Translations under genes and position numbers: made by a program
Source of the DNA: Fonticula alba ATCC 38817
Taxonomy: Eukaryota > Protista > Nucleariida
Direction: 5' to 3' (one strand)
Length of the DNA stretch: 64,000 nt
NCBI GenBank assembly: GCA_000388065.2
Contig: KB932204.1
Notes under the pieces: generated by a model
Seen by the model: the letters and a program-made list of their open reading frames with translations, nothing else
Told to the model about the DNA's origin: nothing
The model's database searches: none
Shown: in pieces, positions 50,281 to 62,742 of the stretch
Numbering within the stretch: position 1 is the stretch's first letter
Layout of the letters: each line of letters opens with the position of its first letter

Positions 50281-52577
50281 TTAGGCAGCCGGGAAGGCCA
50301 CATCCGCGCCCTCGCGCTTGATGCCGGCATGCTGCTGCTGCTTGCTGGCTCCCACATCGTCCATGTGGCCGGCGTCCTCGGCAGCCGCACGCTCAGCCCG
50401 GTCGCTGGACCGGCTGCGAGACCGGTCGCGCCGCGACGACCGCGACGACCGCGACTCCCGGTGGCTGCGGCTGCTGCTGCCCGAAGACTCGGAGTCGCGA
50501 TCACGCTCACGGTCGCGATCGCGCTCGCGGTCGCGGTCGTGGCGGCTGCTGCTGCTGCTGCTGCTGCTGCTGCCGCCGCCGCCGCTGCCGCGGTCGTAGC
50601 GGTCGGTCCGGCGCTCGCGGTCACGATCACGCTCGCGGTCGCGCTCCCGGTCGCGGTCGCGCTCGCGGTCGCGCTCGCGCTCACGGTCCCGATCCCGGTC
50701 ATGATGGCGCTCACGGTCCCGATCGTGATGGCGGTCGCGGGGGTCGCGGTCGCGCTCACGATCGCGGTCGTAGTGGCGGTCGCGCTCACGGTCGCGCTCC
50801 AGCTCACGCGAGGACTCATACCGCCGGGGGTCACGGCTGTCGCGCTCGTAACGGTCCATCTCTCGGCGACCGGAGTCCCGACGTCCGGACGACCGATAGT
50901 GCGAATCGCGCGAGCGCGAGCGACCCCGACGAGTGTAATCCCCACGGGTGGGGCGCCCGCGTGAGGGGCTGCGCGAGCGGCTCCGTAGACGCTGCGGGTG
51001 CTGCAGGTGCGGCGAGTGCTGCGGGTGCGGCAGGTGCTGCAAGTGGTGCGGGTGCGGGTGGGGGTGGCCTCCGGTCAGGGGGGCCGTGCGTCGCGGGCGG
51101 TTGATGGCCTTGCGCGCCGGGGACACCTTGATAGCACGGTCGTGGATCATAGTGCCGGACAGCTGCATGGCAGCCTGTAGTCCCAGGGAGAGAGAGGGAG
51201 AGAGGGAGAGAGGGAGAGAGGGAAAGAGGGAGAGAGAGAGAGAGGGAGGGAGAGAGAGAGAGGGAGAGAGAGAGAGGGNNNNNNNNNNNNNNNNNNNNNN
51301 NNNNNNNNNNNNNNNNNNNNNNNNNNNNNNNNNNNNNNNNNNNNNNNNNNNNNNNNNNNNNNNNNNNNNNNNNNNNNNNNNNNNNNNNNNNNNNNNNNNN
51401 NNNNNNNNNNNNNNNNNNNNNNNNNNNNNNNNNNNNNNNNNNNGAGAGAGAGAGAGAGAGAGGAAGGGACAAAGAGAGGAGGAATAAGAGTCAGGCACAG
51501 CGGCACAGAGGGCAACGGGTACGTGGGATGATTGAAAAGCAGGAACAAGCCCGACAGCAAGGCATGGGCAACGCACCGACGCAGCGAAGGCAGTCTCGTA
51601 CTCGATGTGGAGGTAGATGTTGCCAGCCGGATTGTCGGACGGGGGGTTAGACACACGCAACTCGGCAATTTGACCGAACTGCGAAAAGAGATCCTGCAAC
51701 TCGGACTCCGATGCCAGTGGCGAGACATTGGACACGTAAAGGGTGCGCGCCAGCAGGGGGTTGGCCATCGGCAACCCGGGGACCATGACCCCCACCGCAC
51801 CGGGCAGGAGCCCCGGCATCCCGGGGAGCATGCCGCCCCCCAGCGGGAGGTTGGTCATCATCGGGCCAGCCGACATGTCTGAAGTGCACGCGCGTGCGTC
51901 GGCAGAGGGGCCAAAAGGCGGCCGCATTGGGTGGTGAGTCTTCCACGGCAATGAGAGGACATGAGGAGGCAAGAGGACGACCGAGGGAGCAGGCAAGATA
52001 ATACACCCAGGCCAGTAGATCATGATGATGGGCACGAGGCAGAAGGAAAAAAAAAAGGAGTCGCAGGCCACGCACTTCGGAAGGTATCAATCGAATGATG
52101 GGCCGCGGCGGTGCGCGCCTGGCGTACCGCCTCGGCAATCATGCCGGGATCGGTCAGCATATTCTCGTCAGCCATGGAAACCCGCAGGGGGACCGTCGCG
52201 CCGAAGGAAACCCCGTCCAGCGCCAGCGACGCCAGGGCCGGGGCCGGTGAATCGAACTGAATGAGGAAGGTCAGCAGCTGGATGGGCGCCGAGGAGCCAG
52301 CCACCGCGGCCAGGGCAGAGGCCGTGGCCGCGGCCGCGGCCGCCCGGTCCGTCTCGCACACCACTCGAATAATGAGCCCAAAGTGTGAGAAGAGTTCGTG
52401 CAGTCGCTCTACCGAGCTGGGCGCGACATTCTCCACACGGACGGTTGACCGCGATAGGGCCGCACCGGACAGGCGCCGGTCCACCGGCGAAGGGCTGGCC
52501 GCGTCGTCGGCCGCCGGGTCGGCGACCATCGGCGCCGCGACCGCGCCATCCGCCGCGACAAACAGCGGGGAGGACAT
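50281..52577 (-). CDS. Two-RRM SR/RD-rich splicing factor, SREK1/SRSF11-like
   Basis: RRM1 STVRVENV..LHELFSHFG..ALDGVSFG. RRM2 ARTLYVSNV..LQDLFSQFGQI..LSGTMIHDRAIKVSPARKAINRP (compare SRSF11 LKINHSNNAIVKP). RSRSRS and long RD/RE repeats in the tail. Confidence 0.8.
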
Positions 52578-54142
52578 CCTGACTGTGATTTGCTGGCTGG
52601 TTCGGGGAGGGGGAGAGAGGGAGGGGGGGTGCAGGGGGGTGCAGATAGGGTAGAGGAGCTGCGGGGCAGGCGCTGCAAGTGGAAGCACAGAAGACAGATG
52701 GGGGACGAGGGGAGGAGGAGAAGAGGAGGAGAGGAGAGAGAGGGAGTGCAAGCGGGCGCAGGACAGGCAAGGGGGGACTCGGCGCGATGCAGGGGTTGCC
52801 ACAAGACCGGGCTTCGGTGCGGGGAGGGAGCTCGCCAAAAAAACTGTCCCCCCCCCCCCCGTTCCTGGAGCCGATCACTCCCGTGTACTTTGTGTGGTCC
52901 CCCCAGGCAGGGCCACCAATGTGCGGGGGTCATGCGGGGGGGGGGGACATTGGAGAAGACTGGAGTGCAGCGCAGACGGCGCGGAGGCGCTCACCGCTGA
53001 CGCACACTCACGGCCGCCCATGCACACATGACACGGAGGTGCGCGCCCATTTGCATTGTCCCAAGAACGACAAGGGCGAGGCTCCTGGGGTCGCCCGACG
53101 CCGCGCGGAGTCCCCCCGGGCGCGCACTGGGCAAACCCCATCGCGCTAGAAAACCGGCGATATCCCCTTCCGGTGATCCTTCACCAGGGGGCAGACGTTC
53201 CGGAACAGCCGGCGGCAGGCAGGCCGAAATGCCGACGTGATGTGCGGGCCCCGGTAGAATGCCATTGTGTGACGACTCCTCGGGGCGTGATCAGACCCTT
53301 CGTTGGCAGCCTCCCGCCGACTCCAGAACCCTTGCTACTCGGGCCATCGCCGATGGGCCTTTGATGGCCGTGTATGTGCGTGTCTCCGTCGTCCGGCCCC
53401 GGCGCGGGAGAGAGAGAGAGAGAGAGAGAGGCCGGGGGCCGGCGCCTTTTCCCCTAGTCCCTCGAATAATGGCGCACGGAGGAAGAGCATGAAAAGAGGA
53501 CAACCGCTGGTGCTTGGGGAACTGCCGATCGGGAAACCACCTCTGTTGGTCCTCCCCCTCCTGTCAGCTCGCGCCCATCGCACGTGCACTGGTGTCGGTG
53601 TGACACGCGAGAACCGGGGGGTGGGAAATCCATTTGTGTATTATCGTTGTTGCTGTTTGCGGAAGAAGCGGGGGGAGAAGGGAGGAAAGAGAAGAGAAAG
53701 AAGCATGCCAGCGTCATTTTGCACCAGCGGGAAGAGGGGGGGAGGGAGAGAAAGGAGATGAGCAAGTGCGCGCAGCACAAGTTGATACGCCTCTTTTTCC
53801 CGGGGAAGAAGATGAGAGCGCACTCTTCGTCGGTGACGCTGACGGAGGGGGCGCGGCCGGCAGCACAGGCAGGGGCAGAGGTCCCCGAGATGATGATGCC
53901 GCCGTCATCACCACCACCAGCAGCAGCAGCAGCAGCAGCGGCGGCGGCGGCGGTGGCAGCACTGCTTGAGGAGACATCCTTCCCTCGCATGTCCCCCCCC
54001 CCCCCTCCCTCTCCCCCGTCCGGCCGCCTGCCCGAGAGAGAAAGGCGGGGACAGGGAGGTAGAGCATGGGAGAAGCGCCGCCCGAGGGGCGGGAGCCAAA
54101 CCAGGAGCATGTGAAAAGGAGAGCACAAGTCTCCCCCTCTCC

Positions 54143-57100
54143 TTAGGCGATCAGGCGGGCGATGAACTCGGCCGTCGGGTGGTCCGGCGCGCGGACGGTG
54201 ATCTGCATGACGATGGCCGGGATGCCGGTGGGCGAAGAGTCGGCCGACACGCGGACCAGCCGCACGCGGATCAGGCAGGGCGGCTGGCGGCCAAGCAGGC
54301 GGCCAGACAGCAGGAGCGTGTGGGTGTGGGCCTCCTCGCCGGTGTCCGGGCTGGACAGGACCGTCTCCGACCCGTCGGACGCCCGCATGCCGAGCAGGCC
54401 GATCACCGACCGGACCAGAGCCTGCAGGGGGGCCTGCTCGGCGGACACCGGCAGGGTGTAGGTCTCGGAGAACTCGGTGTTCTTGTTGAAAAGGGACCAC
54501 GCGTCACGGAAGGAGGCCTGTGCCAGAGAAGGTGGCGCCGGCCCGGAAGCGATCATGTTGTCGGCAAGGGTGATCTCCACCGGCTCGAGCTGTGTCGCCA
54601 TGCATGGCGATGCGGGCAATGCCCCAACGGGCAGGGTTTACACGGAGGGGCAAGGGGGTGAGGAAAGGGCTGAGAAAGTGCAGGGCCGCGAAAGAGAGGG
54701 AGAGAGAGAGAGAGGGAGGGAGGGAGAGGGAGGGAGGGAGNNNNNNNNNNCCCCCCACTCCTCTCCTCTCCCTGGCTTCCTAGGTTGCATCTCGGCGGCG
54801 CGCACTTTTTCAACACCGTTAAGATCAGCTACAGCGACATTCGGTCGTGCTACCCCAACTCCAAGATGAAGAAGCGGTGCGCCTACAATGCCGCCCTCTC
54901 CCCCTGGCCATCTGCCCACCTTGCTGACATGCTGCCGCGTCCCTCATGTGCCACCATCAGCTCGGCACACTGGTTCCAGCTTGGCGTCAGCCTTGCGCCG
55001 ATCTTGCGTGTCAATGATCCAATTGCATATGCCCGCTTCCTGGATCTCCTCACCGAGGAGTATGAGTATGAGACCACGGAATTCGCGCGCGTTGTGCGTC
55101 CTCCTTCGGTCTTTTTCACCTCCCCGCCCCCGCCCCCGCCCCCCCCCCCCCTCGCTCGTCTTTGCCTTGCCTCCTCCCGCTTCTGCTGACCGACTGCATG
55201 CACTCCCTTTCCCTCTCGTTTTTCTCCCCTTCCCCTCCTCCCCGCCTCTGATAGCGGCAAATGTTCCGTGTGACCAAGGACTCCGGGCCGGATGACCCGT
55301 ACACCATCGAGCGAAGCTACCTCGAAACCGGCCTCTACACGTATCTGCAGACGCCCAACATCGTGCGTTTTGATGCTGGCCCTTTCCCCTCCCATCTCTC
55401 CTGGAGTTCGTGCACATTCCGCGTGACTGACCTTTGCACAGCCCTACGAGCTGGACTATTTCGAGGTGGTCTTCTCCCTGTGTGATATGCTGAGCTCGGC
55501 GTACCTCCGGGCCAGCGAGATCGCCGAGCGCCATCCCGAGATGGACGTGGCCTTCATTTCGGCCTTTATGCGCATCGACTCGCGCTTCAGGGTGCGTATC
55601 AAGCCCATCGGCCATGGCCAGCGCCGCATTTGCTTGGCCTCACTTCTGACCGGGCTCCTCGCTGGATTGCCATTGGCTCTTCCGTCGGGGGTGTAGAAAA
55701 TCCTGGACATTGTGTCCACCGAACTGGACAAGCTGGCCGGGCGCATTGTCAAGCGCGAGATCACTCGTCTGGACCCGCTGCAGGTGGGCATGGTGACGGC
55801 TGGCGCCGGGAACACCGGGCGCGGGAATGCGTACGACTCGGACGGCGCCGACGCCTCCCACGCCACCGGGGCCGGGCCCTTGGACGAGGGGTCCGCTGGG
55901 GCCGGCGAGAGCCACATCATCGCCTCACTCAATCGCATGGGGTTGGACTACATGTCCGGTGAGGAGGATGACGCCGAGGAGGATGATGACTGGGCGGCTG
56001 CCGTGGCGGCCCTCGCTGCGCAGGGGGGCCAAGACGAGTCGTAGTGGCTGTCATGCGTGCGTGCGTGCGTGCGTGTGTGTGTGTGTGTGTGTGTGTGTAC
56101 TTGCATGCTCGTGTCTGCATGCGGGCGCCTGCACAGATGCACGTGCGTGTGCATCCCCGGCCCTTCCCCTTCCGCTGCATCGGCACAATAGAGATCGCCT
56201 GCTGGCACAGCCTCACGGAGGGACGCGTGTTTGGGTATGCGCGCGCGCGTGTGTGTGTGTGGATTTCGGTGTATTCATTTTGACAGAGAGAGAGAGAGAG
56301 GGAGAGAGAGGGAGGGATGGACACCGCGACCGGCGCCCAGACGGCCGGAGTCCGGCCGGCCGTTGTGGGGCCGAGCCGAGGGGAGGGGGGTCGGCGGCAC
56401 ACCAACGGAAGGAGAGGAAGAAGAGCGGAGAGAAAGCAAGGACAGTAGACGCGCGACGGTTCCGTCCAGTATGGGGGAAGAAGAAGGGGGATGTGGAGAG
56501 AGAGAGAGAGAGAGAGGGAGAGAGACAGGGAGGGCCTGGCTCCCACCAGTTGTTGTTGTGCGTGCCCTNNNNNNNNNNGGGAGAGGGAGAGGGAGGGAGA
56601 GGGAGAGAGAGAGAAGGGGGGGAAGAGGGAAGAACCACAGGCTGGGCCGAGAAACACGGCTGGGCACACGCACATCATAGCGATCGGTGTAGGAGCTCGG
56701 CGAGGGCTCCATCGTGTCGGGATCGATGTCGCGCACGGTGAACAGCAGGTGCGTCCCGAAGGAGGCCACGATCGGCATGGTCACCGCCCCGACGGCCGCC
56801 ATCTCCGGGGTCAGAACCGTGTCCTCGGTGACCGGGACCGACTCGGTGGCCCGGAGGACGATGAAGCTCCGGGCGGTCTCATTCGGGCCGATGACCGGCG
56901 CCGGCAGGACCAGCTCCGCCTGGCAGATGCCGCCATACTGGTCCAGGTCCAGCTCCACCGACACATCCTCGATCTGCTGCTCGGCCAGGGTGTTGGCAAT
57001 GTCAAACTGCAGCACCACCACCGACTTGTAGATGTGCTTCACCAGGGCCACCGAGAACTCGGTGCCGGCCTCGGTCAGAGGGACCGGACCGGCCGAGGAC

Positions 57101-60100
57101 CGGAGGGGCACGCCATAAGGCGACAGCTGCGGCACCGAGAGCAGAACCGACGACACGTCGGCCAGCTTGGCGAAATCATTGCCGGCGGCCGCGCCACCAG
57201 GCGACAGGGCCGTGCCACTGGCCGCTCCCGGCGAGAGGGTCGACGCATCCAGGATATCCTTGGCGTTGGGGACGATGATGGTGTCTGTATCGAGGGGACC
57301 AGGCGCGGATGGGGGGGGGGGGGGGGCGGGGGCCGGTTAGCAGCAGGACAAGCCCATGGGCAGTGGCAGAGGAAGGGGAGGGGGGGGGGAGCAGGGCGAG
57401 AGCAAACAGCGAGCGAGACACACCCTTGGCGCCGATGTAGCCAAGCAGCTCCTCCTCGAGCGGGGTGCCCATGGCATCGGCGAAGTCGCTCTCCCCGAAG
57501 CCGGTCTCCGCCGCGCCAGGCTTGGCCCCACCACCGGCGGCCAGTGCCGACTGCAGCATCACCGCGTCAATGAGCGAGCAGTAGTACGACGCCCGGTCGC
57601 GGACCTCGTCATCGGCATCGCGCGTGCACCGCTCCAGCAGCACCCGCACGGACTTCCGAAGCGACGCATGGGTCTCGCGCGCCGTGCGCAGGGCCAGCAT
57701 GTAGTCCTCGCGTGAGAGCTCGTCCCCGCCGGCCGACGGCAGCGGGACCGACGAGGGGGGCGGGCTCAGGGCAAACTTGGCCAGGGCCGAACAGGCAGCC
57801 GCGCGGACTGGCGCCGATTCCAGGATGACGCGGTTGTTGATGTAGCTGGCATGCGCGCGAAGGGGTCGGAGTATGAGCACGAGGGGCACGCGAAGGACCG
57901 GGGGGGGCAAAAGCAAGCAGGACGGAAGCAGGAAGGGGAGAGGGCAGGGAAGAAAACGTGTGAGATGCGCACCGGATGAACTTCCCGGGGCAAGAAGTGT
58001 TCGGAGCCTCGGCGCCAAGGAAATTCAGCACGCGAATGGCCAGTGCCGGGAACTCGCAATCCTCGATGAACTCGCACAGGTGGAGGAGGGCTGGACACAG
58101 GCCGGAGCGGGAGACGAACAAAGATGGTGGGGGGGGGGTGACTGTGAGAAAGACAACCAAGCGATGTGCACGTGGGTGCCGGCGTGGGCGCATGGATGGA
58201 GGACACGGCGGAGGGAAGGGGGACACGCACCGAACTCCCGCGACTCGGGAACATTATGGGCACAGGTGATGAGGGCATCAACCAGGGAGCGCTTGAAGGC
58301 AAGACCGCCATCATCCCGCAGGCAGGAGGCCAGGAAGTGGAACTGTACAGCCGGGCGGGGGGGGGTGTCAGTGTCGCTTGCCCGGGGAGGAAAGGAGGGC
58401 ACTCGGGGGACAGGCAAGATGCGTGGCGTGGCGCGGCGTGGCGCGGCGTGGCAGAAGCCGCAGCCACGGCACGCACGAATGCACGCATGGGGACATACCA
58501 GGCGGGTTTGCTTGGAGGGGAACTTGAAGAACAGGGCCCGGACGGCATCGACCAGGACGCAGCGGAACTCATCCGGCATCTCCGGCATCAGTGCCTCCAC
58601 CTGAACCAGCAGGCGGTCCACCGAAGCCTCACTGCCCGTCTGCGTGTGTGGGTGTGTGTGGGGGGGGGATGGGAGGGTGGAAAATGGTCAAAAAAAGAGC
58701 TCTTGTCCAGAGGAAGGGTGCGAAGACAGACGAAGGGAGGGGAGACACCAAGAAGAGACAGTCCTACCTTGAGCAGGGTAGTCACGGCCAAAGTGGCTAT
58801 CGACCGGTTGGGATCAGCCACCAGGGCCTCGATGTCGAGGTTGCATTGCGACACGGACAGCGGGTGGCTGGCGGCAATCTGGGCCAGGGTCCGGAGGGCG
58901 GAGAACCGGAACAGTGGCCGGGCCGAGGAGAGGAACTGCTGAAGGGCTGCGTGGATGGCGTCGTCAGTATGGGGACAATGGGCAGCAGCGGAGGGGGAGG
59001 GAGGGAGCGGGCGATGGCAAGGACGGGCAGGGCAGGGCAGGCATGAGTGCGCGCGTACCAGAGATGGCTGGCAGAAGCTCGCGACTGGTGACGCTCGGCA
59101 GGGCGGCAATGGCGCGCGCGGCCTCCAGGACCACCATGTCGCTCTTGTACCGGACAAGCGACTCCAGCATGGGGTAGAACTGCTTGCGGGCGCTGTGGAT
59201 CCCAGAGAGGGCAGTGCGAACGGGGCAAGGGGGGAAGGGGGGAGAGAGAGAGAGAGAGAGAGAGAGAATGTGCCCATTGTCAGGGGATCAGGCAGGGGGC
59301 GAGGCACAGGCGAGGGGGCTAGGAAAGATCGCATCGCACCCGCTGTCGGGGCTCTCCTCGCGCAGGATGGTGCCAATGTGCCGGGCCAGCATCATGGTGG
59401 CGTGCGGGGAATTGCCAATGAAGCCGGCATTGACCGACTGCATGATGGACTGGAGGAACTTCAGGACGGCGGTGCGGTCGCGCGAGCGGATCTCGCAGAT
59501 GAGGGCCATCGCGTGGTACTTGATCATGGGGGCTGCAAAGGCGTGTGAACCAGTGGACGGGTGGGCGGACGAGGGGGGTGAATGACGCGGCCGGGGGGCA
59601 GCTTGGGAAAAGGCGATCCCCAGCCAGGGGGATAGGCCATCCGGTGGGGGGGGGGGGCTGTTGGTGGGCGTACACTGGCGCGAGATGGCCTCGGTGGCCT
59701 CCTGGATCCAGCGGCGGATGGTCTCGCGGATCATGGAGGCCGAGCTGCCACCAGTATAGAGCAGGCGCAGCGAGGAGACCAGCGCGGCGGAGGACACCAC
59801 CGGCGACCGGTCGACAATGGCCTGGCGAATGAGGCGCTCAACCGACGGCAGAACGGAGGGCTACAGGTGAAGGGTGCCACGAGCAGACATGTGGTCAGGG
59901 GGGGAGGGGGGGGGGGGGGCATAAGAGGAAAGTCGATCGGCGTGTGTCAGTGTATGGGTGGGTGGGTGTGTGTGTGTACGCGTGCGGCCGGGCCGTGGCA
60001 GCGGATGGTGCACAATCACAGCAGTGGCAACGTACGTCGGTCATGACAATGGAGATGAGCGCACGCAGGGCGTTGGCCCGATAGATGGCGCCCTCGCCAG

Positions 60101-60802
60101 CGGCGACATCCACGCTGGACGAGGCGGAGGACACATCGCGGATGAGACTGGACGTGATCATGATCACATCGCTGGCCATCGGGGCCAGCTCCTTGATGGT
60201 CAGATAAACCACTCGCCGGAGGTTCACCTATGTGCGCGGGAGGACAACCCGGGAAGGGGAAGGGGGGGGGGGGAGGGGCAAAAAAAGCACGAGGGTAAGA
60301 GACAGCTGGGGCCATGGAAGGCAAGAGGAAGCAGCGGGGGGGGGCCAAAGCACAGGCACATACGTCGCGGCTCTGGAAGAGCTTGGTCACGGCGAAGAAG
60401 AGGTTGGTGGCCTCCTGCTCGGTGAAGGCCTCACCCTTGCAGGTGCGCAGGTACATGATCCGGGTCAGGACCTGCAGGCACTTGGTGATGTTGTCGGATC
60501 CGGCGTTGTTGAAGACGCGAGCATCCTGGAGGACGGTGTACTTGTCGACCTGGGAAAAGCGGGAGCGGTCGTCTGGCCGGAGGCAGGTCACCGCGGCCGC
60601 CATGGCCATCGTGGGGCAGACAAGAGACACGGGGGAGGGGGGGGGTGGTAGGTGTGAGGCGGAGACCGGGCGAGGGGCGGCAAGCGTGAAGAGACACGGG
60701 CAACGCGGGAGGAGGGGGAGGGGGGGGGGGGGTCGGGGAGCGCGCACGGGAGTCTTCATCCTTGCTCCGCATCGCTCCGCCCATGGCGCCAACGGGCATC
60801 AT
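54143..60802 (-). CDS. COPG1: Coatomer subunit gamma (COPG/Sec21), multi-exon
   Basis: SKDEDS..VDKYTVLQDARVFN, EATNLFFAVTKLFQS, LRRVVYLTIKEL, YRANALRAL, MVVLEAARAI, RFSALRTL, NRSIATLAVTTLLK, EFIEDCEF, YINNRVILE...VRAAACSAL, DDEVRDRA. The appendage exons PLTEAGTEFSVALVKH and LEPVEITLADNM are present. Confidence 0.95.
54784..56044 (+). CDS. Exons 2-6 of the uncharacterised protein begun at 45177, lying antisense inside the last COPG intron (54590-56673)
   Basis: Exons 54784-54876, 54961-55093, 55255-55362, 55442-55591 and 55697-56044. All have GTGCGY donors, YAG acceptors and matching phases; total 309 aa with exon 1. Motifs HFFNTV, HWFQLGVSL, PYELDYFEVVFSLCD and KILDIVSTEL. Confidence 0.8.
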
Positions 60803-62742
60803 TTTGGTGCGAGGGGTCGGCTTCGCCTGCCAGGCTCAAAGGAGACGGGGGAGGGGGTCGGATACAGTGGATGTGGGGAGAGGGACACGAGGGCAAGAGG
60901 GCCAGAGGGGAGGGTGACGCGGCGGGAGTCGGCGACCTGTGTCCAAGGGGGTGGGGAGAGACGGGGCGGAAAATGGAAGATCAGGAGCTGCCACTCGGGA
61001 GGCGAGAGGGAAAGGGAGCGAGGGAGGGCTGGAGGGCTGGAGGGGGGGGGCGGGAGAGGGCGGGGAAGGACAGGCTGGAGGTACACCAAGGGAGAGTAGA
61101 GCGGAGGAGGGGGAGGGGTAAAGGCTTGCTGGGGCGGGGACCGGCGCCCGTGAGGCTGGGGGGGGGGGCTTTTCCGCTGATCGGCCAGATTCGCCGGAGC
61201 GCGGTCCAGCCCGAGCAGGGAACACTTCTCCGGAGGGGGCGGAACAAGGTGGGCGTTTGACACCACTCGGGCCTGGGACAGGGTCGTCCGGTCACGGCCT
61301 TAGGAGGGGGGAGGGGCGGGACGGAGGCGGGACCGTCTCTGTCGGGGGGGTGGTCGGGCGGCGGCCGGGCGAGGAACCCGGCCATCCGCCACCCAGCATG
61401 CCGCCGGTGTTGTCTCCCAGGCGCAGGCAATTAATCAGGCGGTCGCTGGAACAAGGGCGCGCCAGAATGTCCGGGCTATTCTCCCGGGGCCCGGCCCCGG
61501 GGCCCGGCAGTGTAAAACCGCGGGCCCTCGGGAAAACTACGAGCGCGACATGCTGCCGGACGCCGCCGGGGCCCCTGGCTGGCTGTGGCTGTCCTGCGGC
61601 CGCGCCCCCCCGCTCCCCCCCTTCCCCGGCAAGCAGGGCCCAAAGAGCGCCAGAGTGCTGACAACGAATGGCGGGCTCGCCGCCACCTCCAACCAGCAGG
61701 CAGGTGCCGAGACACACGCCCGCCGGCGTGGCTCGCGTTTGGACATGGCAGACACAATAACAACAGCGCGCAGCCCGGCACCGGGGGGAGGAGGCGGGGG
61801 TGGCGGAGGGTTGAAGAAGGCACAACAGCAATCAGAAGAACGCCCGGCCAGGAAGGGACGCCCCGACAATATTGCCCGTTCTCTCGCGTCCTGCCCCCTC
61901 CCCTCCCCCCAAGGACGATGGACCAGCCCGAACGGGTGGAAGCACCGGCGGGCACAGAGACCGAACACCGCCAGCCGGGATCACAGAAGTCGGGAGATGG
62001 GGAGTAGAGACTAAATGACATATTTGGGCGTGACACATAAATCGCCTGACTCGTGTGGGGCGTGATGCCGGATCGTTGGCATATCTCGCCCACAAACACA
62101 CCTCCCGGTCTGGCTCCCCGCCAGGGCCCAGTTCGCTGGGGCCCGGGACCGGACGCCGCGCAGGGCGCAACCCCGGAGGCGCAGCAGCGGAGGACGGGGC
62201 GGAGATGCCCGAACAGCTTCTCCAACCAGACCTCTCACTTTCCCCGGGGAGGGGCAGAGTCCGAGCCGAGCCTCCCGCCACACCACGGCCCCCGCCCGGC
62301 GTCGGCGGGCCTGCCCGCGATCGGTCTCACATTGTGGGACGCGGGAAAAAACAACTCGCCAGCTGGCCAAGTGGTGTTCCCCCGGGCCACCCACCCACCC
62401 ACCCCGGTGGGAAAAGACGCGTCCGGGCAGCACGATCGCGCGTCCCCCGCGCGCCACAACCCGCGGCTGCTTTGTTTTGATACGGCCGGCAGGACCCTTT
62501 TACGGATGCCCCACAGTGGCGTGCTGGCCCACCTGCGAGCCTCACTGTCCCTCGTCCTCCGTCCCCTCCCCTCCTGCGCCCCCTGTCCCGCTCGCGTCGC
62601 TGCCACACCTCCGCCCCTTTTCCCGTCCGGCCATACCCCCGGGGGGAAGCAGTTGCCTCCTCGTTTCTTCACTGCCTTCGGACTCCGCGTCCTTCCTTTT
62701 TTTCTTTTTTTTTTTGCCCCGCCTCTGCCCTGCTCCCTGGTG

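Larger units (their letters stand above)
44849..56568. repeat. 34-bp direct repeat (44849-44882 and 56535-56568) bracketing the split gene
   Basis: CCTGGCTCCCACCAGTTGTTGTTGTGCGTGCCCT occurs twice. The second copy ends at an N gap. Confidence 0.85.

Noticed and set aside
49413-50945. 510-aa ORF of TVSATAT repeats
   Set aside because: It is an alternate reading frame of the RD/RS repeat of the SR protein.
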